A stretch of 64,000 nucleotides of DNA from Desulfosudaceae bacterium. GTDB taxonomy: Bacteria; Desulfobacterota; Desulfobacteria; Desulfobacterales; Desulfosudaceae. The stretch is from contig CAXXDV010000003.1 of assembly GCA_963674745.2 (NCBI GenBank), forward strand, positions 512,001 to 576,000. The letters are read 5' to 3'. Position numbers and translations under genes: made by a program. Every line of letters begins with the position of its first letter. The first letter of the stretch is position 1. The notes below the pieces were generated by a model. The model was given only the letters and a program-made list of their open reading frames with translations, was not told where the DNA came from and ran no database searches. Positions 60,389 to 64,000 of this stretch are shown here, one piece after another.

Positions 60389-61858
60389 ATGACGACGCTG
60401 CTGTTTACACTTCTTGTCTCTCTTTGTTTGTCCCTGGTGCTGACCGTGGTTGCCCGAAATTTAGGTATCAGGTATGGCGCCCTGGATGAACCGGATCAAC
60501 GGAAAGTGCATACCCATCCTATTCCAAGAACCGGCGGCATCGCCATCTTTGCGTCTTTTTTTCTTTCTCTTTTGGCCGTGAGCTTTTTAAATACACCTGT
60601 TGCTGCAGAACTGGAAATCAACCGGAAGATTCTGCTGGTTATTGCCGGGGCGGTCGTCTGCTTTGGTGTTGGCGCTGTCGATGATTTTACCCGGCTCAAA
60701 CCGTCGACCAAGTTTTTGTTTCAGATTATCGGCGCCAGCTCGGCCTATCTGGGCGGTGTTCATATCAGTGCTTTCGCCTTCGGCGGCTGGTCTATCCATT
60801 TCGGGTATCTTACATATTTTGTGACGGTATTCTGGTTTCTGCTGTTTATGAACGCTGTTAACCTGGTCGACGGCCTGGACGGCCTGGCCGGGGGAATTAT
60901 CGTTTTTGCCTCACTGGTCATGATCTTGCTGTCTGTCTTCAGGGAAGATTATTATACTGCCGTGATTTTTACTGCCCTGGCCGGAAGTGTGCTGGGTTTT
61001 CTGCGGTATAACTTTAATCCGGCCTCGGTGTTTATGGGTGATGGCGGCAGTTATTTTCTGGGATACGTGGTGGCTTCTATGGGGATTATCGGCTCTGTCA
61101 AAAGCCAGGTGGCGCCGGCCATGATGATTCCTGTGCTGGCGTTGGGCGTGCCGATTTTTGACACCCTTTTGTCGCCCATCCGCCGGTTTCTTCGTGGGCG
61201 GAAAATGTTTTATCCCGATGACCGGCATGTGCATCACCGTTTGCAGAAGATGGGGCTTTCCACCGCCAAAGTGGTCTGGCTGCTGTATGGCGTGACGGTC
61301 GTGCTTTGTCTGGCCGCCTTGCTGGTGGTGAACATGCGTGATGAGCGGGCCGGGCTTTTTCTGATCCTGCTCGGGCTGGGGGCAATCGTTTTTGTGCGGA
61401 AGCTGGGGTATTTTGAATACCTGGGCGCAGACAAGTTTTTCGGCTGGTTGCGGGATTTGACGGATGATTCGGGATTGAGTCAGCACCGGCGAAGTTTTTT
61501 AAACCACCAGATAGAAGTTTCTCGATCTTCAAATATTGAAGAACTGTGGCAGCGGCTGGTGGCGGCTGGTAAATACCTGCGGCTTGACCATATGGAATTA
61601 AAGCTGAATGATAACATGGATAAATCGGCCGAAGGAAAAAACAAGTATGTCTATACCGATAACGGTTTTGCCCCGGGGGCTTTTGACAGTAACCGGATCA
61701 TGCACGTTACGCTCCCGCTGGCTACAAAAAAACAGGTTTATGGTTGCCTGGCGGTCTATAAGGATCTGGGTAAAGGTGAGATGTTTCCGTTTATGCTGCG
61801 GCGAGTCGAACAGATACGGCGGTCGGTTATCGGGGCACTGGGAAATATGGGTAAATAG
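60389..61858 (+). CDS. Undecaprenyl-phosphate HexNAc-1-phosphate transferase (MraY/WecA family) with C-terminal extension
   Basis: RKVH..PIPRTGG, DD, NAVNLVDGLDGLA, YNFNPA.VFMGDGGS, H.HHRL. Confidence 0.93.
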   Translation: MTTLLFTLLVSLCLSLVLTVVARNLGIRYGALDEPDQRKVHTHPIPRTGGIAIFASFFLSLLAVSFLNTPVAAELEINRKILLVIAGAVVCFGVGAVDDFTRLKPSTKFLFQIIGASSAYLGGVHISAFAFGGWSIHFGYLTYFVTVFWFLLFMNAVNLVDGLDGLAGGIIVFASLVMILLSVFREDYYTAVIFTALAGSVLGFLRYNFNPASVFMGDGGSYFLGYVVASMGIIGSVKSQVAPAMMIPVLALGVPIFDTLLSPIRRFLRGRKMFYPDDRHVHHRLQKMGLSTAKVVWLLYGVTVVLCLAALLVVNMRDERAGLFLILLGLGAIVFVRKLGYFEYLGADKFFGWLRDLTDDSGLSQHRRSFLNHQIEVSRSSNIEELWQRLVAAGKYLRLDHMELKLNDNMDKSAEGKNKYVYTDNGFAPGAFDSNRIMHVTLPLATKKQVYGCLAVYKDLGKGEMFPFMLRRVEQIRRSVIGALGNMGK

Positions 61859-61998
61859 GCTTGGGATCTAAGGGCTTAAGGGTTGCGGGGTTAAGGGGGG
61901 GGGCGAGGATCGGGACTCTAGGTTCGGGGTTCGAGAGGAAGTTGAGGCGCAATATATTGAGTTTTTAATATTTTTGTCTTTTTTTAAGGTTATAATTA

Positions 61999-62027
61999 TT
62001 GACGTATTATTTTTAATTATATATAAT
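61999..62027 (+). promoter_or_regulatory. Sigma70 promoter
   Basis: TTGACG-17 nt-TATAAT upstream of the FecR-domain gene. Confidence 0.7.
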
Positions 62028-62068
62028 TAAAATGTTTTATTATAAATAGCATCAATTTATGGCCTGAG

Positions 62069-62097
62069 CTGGATTCCGGGTCAAGCCCGGAATGACG
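62069..62097 (-). repeat. CGTC-type REP
   Basis: Reverse complement CGTCATTCCGGGCTTGACCCGGAATCCAG. Confidence 0.75.
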
Positions 62098-62185
62098 AAG
62101 GTGTAAAGGATTCCGGCAAAAGTCCGGAATAAAAAAATATAGTTAAATGTAAGAATATATAGAAAAAGAATTCCGGGAGGTAGTT

Positions 62186-63040
62186 ATGAAAAAACTTACC
62201 ACAAAAACCGCTGCCGTTTTATTGTTTGTTGTCGCAATAATGATGGTTGTGGTCAGTTTACCCGTCGATGAGGCATGTGCCGCAAGACGTATTATCAGGG
62301 AATCATCTGTCAGCAGTGACTACCAACCCGGGCAGGGTACGCCGATCGGTAAGATCAGTCGTGTTTACGGTAAAGTGTTTGTCATGCACCAGGATATGGG
62401 CGCTATTTATGCCGCTGGAAACGACTTCGCCCTTTATGCCGGCGATACGATCACCACAAAATCAAACGGCAGGATAACGTTTATCATGAAAGATGACAGC
62501 GTGATGACTCTGGCACCGAACACCACCATGGTGCTTAACGAAGCCGTGTTTGATCCGGCGGTTAAAAGGCGGTCCTCCCTGCTCAGCCTGATTTCCGGTA
62601 AAGCTCGTTTTTATGTAAAAAAATTCGCGGATTTTCAAAACTCCACCTTCAGGGTCAAAACCAAAACATCCATCGCGGCGGTGCGGGGGTCGGATTTTGT
62701 TATAGAGATAACCGATGATGATGAGGTGAGAATTACCTGCGGTGACAACACCGTCGTATGGGTTTATCCTGTTGATCCTGCCACTGGCTCGCCGGGTGCA
62801 CCGATAACGGTTAGTTCCTTTCAGCAGTTGGCGCTCAAGCTCGGTGATCTGACAGGTCAGGCAGTAGATATTACGAGTGATGTCTGGACAAATCTTGTGA
62901 ATGCCCTTGGCGGCGGCGGCGATGGTGGTGGCGGCGATGGCGGCGGCCAGGAAGGAGACGGATACGGTGGAACTTTTTTCGGCAACCAGTCCGGTGGCGG
63001 TTCCAACCCGGATACGGTTTCGCCGTCTGACCCTGATTAA
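62186..63040 (+). CDS. Exported FecR-domain protein with Gly-rich tail
   Basis: Signal peptide; GDTITT...DDS...L.PNT; T.TSIAAVRGSDF. Confidence 0.8.
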   Translation: MKKLTTKTAAVLLFVVAIMMVVVSLPVDEACAARRIIRESSVSSDYQPGQGTPIGKISRVYGKVFVMHQDMGAIYAAGNDFALYAGDTITTKSNGRITFIMKDDSVMTLAPNTTMVLNEAVFDPAVKRRSSLLSLISGKARFYVKKFADFQNSTFRVKTKTSIAAVRGSDFVIEITDDDEVRITCGDNTVVWVYPVDPATGSPGAPITVSSFQQLALKLGDLTGQAVDITSDVWTNLVNALGGGGDGGGGDGGGQEGDGYGGTFFGNQSGGGSNPDTVSPSDPD

Positions 63041-63119
63041 CCGGGAGATGGTCAGTTTTTGATTTTTAAAATGACGTGATGTTTTAAGGAATCGACAATA
63101 CAGTAAATAAGGAGATGTC

Positions 63120-64000
63120 GTGAAACAGTTGTGGAAAATCGGCTTGGGAATTTTGTTTTTGATGGTGCTGGGAAGTATAACGGTTTCGGCGGCGGAAGAA
63201 TATTATTCCTCCCAGGGCGTCAGCGGCGATGTGTTTGGCCGTAAAACCGGCATCATTCATCCGTTTATAAAAGTTTCCGGAACGCATACCGAAAATGTTT
63301 TCAATTCATCTGATAATGAAGATTCCGACTTTATCACGAGTGTTGCGCCGGGGATAGCCCTGGCCATTCCCGGAACAGGCAATATCAATACGGGCATGTC
63401 TTCAGCCACCGGTGCCCCGGGCGGGCTGTCGACCTCCAGGCAGAAACTGTTTACAGTAAAACGGTTTCAGGGCTTTCTGGTATATAATGCCGAGATAATA
63501 GAATACAGCGATAACTCCGATGAAGATTTTACGGGCCAATACTTTACCGGCGCATTTCAGTACAACGTCCCGGGCAGGTTGACGGTTGATATTGCTAACA
63601 AATACCAGCGTGCCCAGGAAATGTGGGGGGAAGCCGGCATTACCAATGATCATGCCACTTATGACGATAACCTGGCCCATGCCATTTTAGAATTTACTTT
63701 CTCGTCCAAGTTCAGCATTACCGCCGGCGGTTCCTATCACACCCTGGGATACAAACACGGGATTAATGAATTCAGGGACCGTGATGACGCCACGTTTTTC
63801 GGTTCCTTTAATTATCACATCAGCCCCAAGATTAGCCTGATTTTTGAATACAGGCAGGTTGACGTCAGCTATGAAGAAGATCTTTCCGAGATTCTGGACA
63901 GCTCTCAAAAACAAGTTTCGGCCGGTTTGGCTTGGGATATCACTGCCAAGTCAAAGGGTGCGCTTAAGTTCGGTTATGTGAACAAGGAATTTGACGATTC
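63120..64000 (+). CDS. Outer-membrane beta-barrel protein (exopolysaccharide-associated type), runs off the window end
   Basis: GTG after AAGGAG; signal peptide; IHPF...ENVF...EDSDFITSVAPG and amphipathic strands ending W.ITAKSKG.L..GY; not in the ORF track. Confidence 0.7.
   Translation, partial: MKQLWKIGLGILFLMVLGSITVSAAEEYYSSQGVSGDVFGRKTGIIHPFIKVSGTHTENVFNSSDNEDSDFITSVAPGIALAIPGTGNINTGMSSATGAPGGLSTSRQKLFTVKRFQGFLVYNAEIIEYSDNSDEDFTGQYFTGAFQYNVPGRLTVDIANKYQRAQEMWGEAGITNDHATYDDNLAHAILEFTFSSKFSITAGGSYHTLGYKHGINEFRDRDDATFFGSFNYHISPKISLIFEYRQVDVSYEEDLSEILDSSQKQVSAGLAWDITAKSKGALKFGYVNKEFDD

Noticed and set aside
62909..62947. GGC/GGT trinucleotide run as a contingency repeat
   Set aside because: In-frame, imperfect poly-Gly linker; length changes would not shift the frame.

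Overview
Bacterial chromosomal window. The gene content suggests a Desulfobacterota/Desulfobacterales-like deltaproteobacterium (inference). Bases 1-26.6 kb are mostly housekeeping genes (nfo, hemL, rlmB, icd, comF, cobO, Skp, MCP, PilZ proteins, a serpin, a catalytically degenerate Tpt1/KptA homolog). Their spacers are packed with roughly 40 GTAG-type REP hairpins of several co-varying types, CGTC-type REPs, GCGNAGC mini-hairpins, strand-polarised 7/8-mer microsatellites, a MITE and a 268-bp tandem repeat. A decayed wbpB-epimerase-wzx block (22.6-25.3 kb) sits between two diverged alleles of one gene. Bases 28.2-61.9 kb are a ~34-kb surface-polysaccharide locus: Wzm/Wzt, three sulfotransferases, many glycosyltransferases, methyl/acyl/acetyl modifiers, a Gtr-like cassette, a Wzy/ligase-like protein, WecG and WecA. 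This locus carries a complete IS4 element and a four-helix-bundle gene bracketed by inverted octamer arrays. A FecR-domain gene and an outer-membrane barrel gene follow. The most notable observations are an ops/JUMPStart-like 21-mer shared by the leaders of both glycan operons, the inverted-microsatellite cassette architecture (with or without the four-helix gene), and the pseudo-Tpt1. No rRNA, tRNA or CRISPR array was seen. All assignments come from reading motifs by eye, not from database searches.
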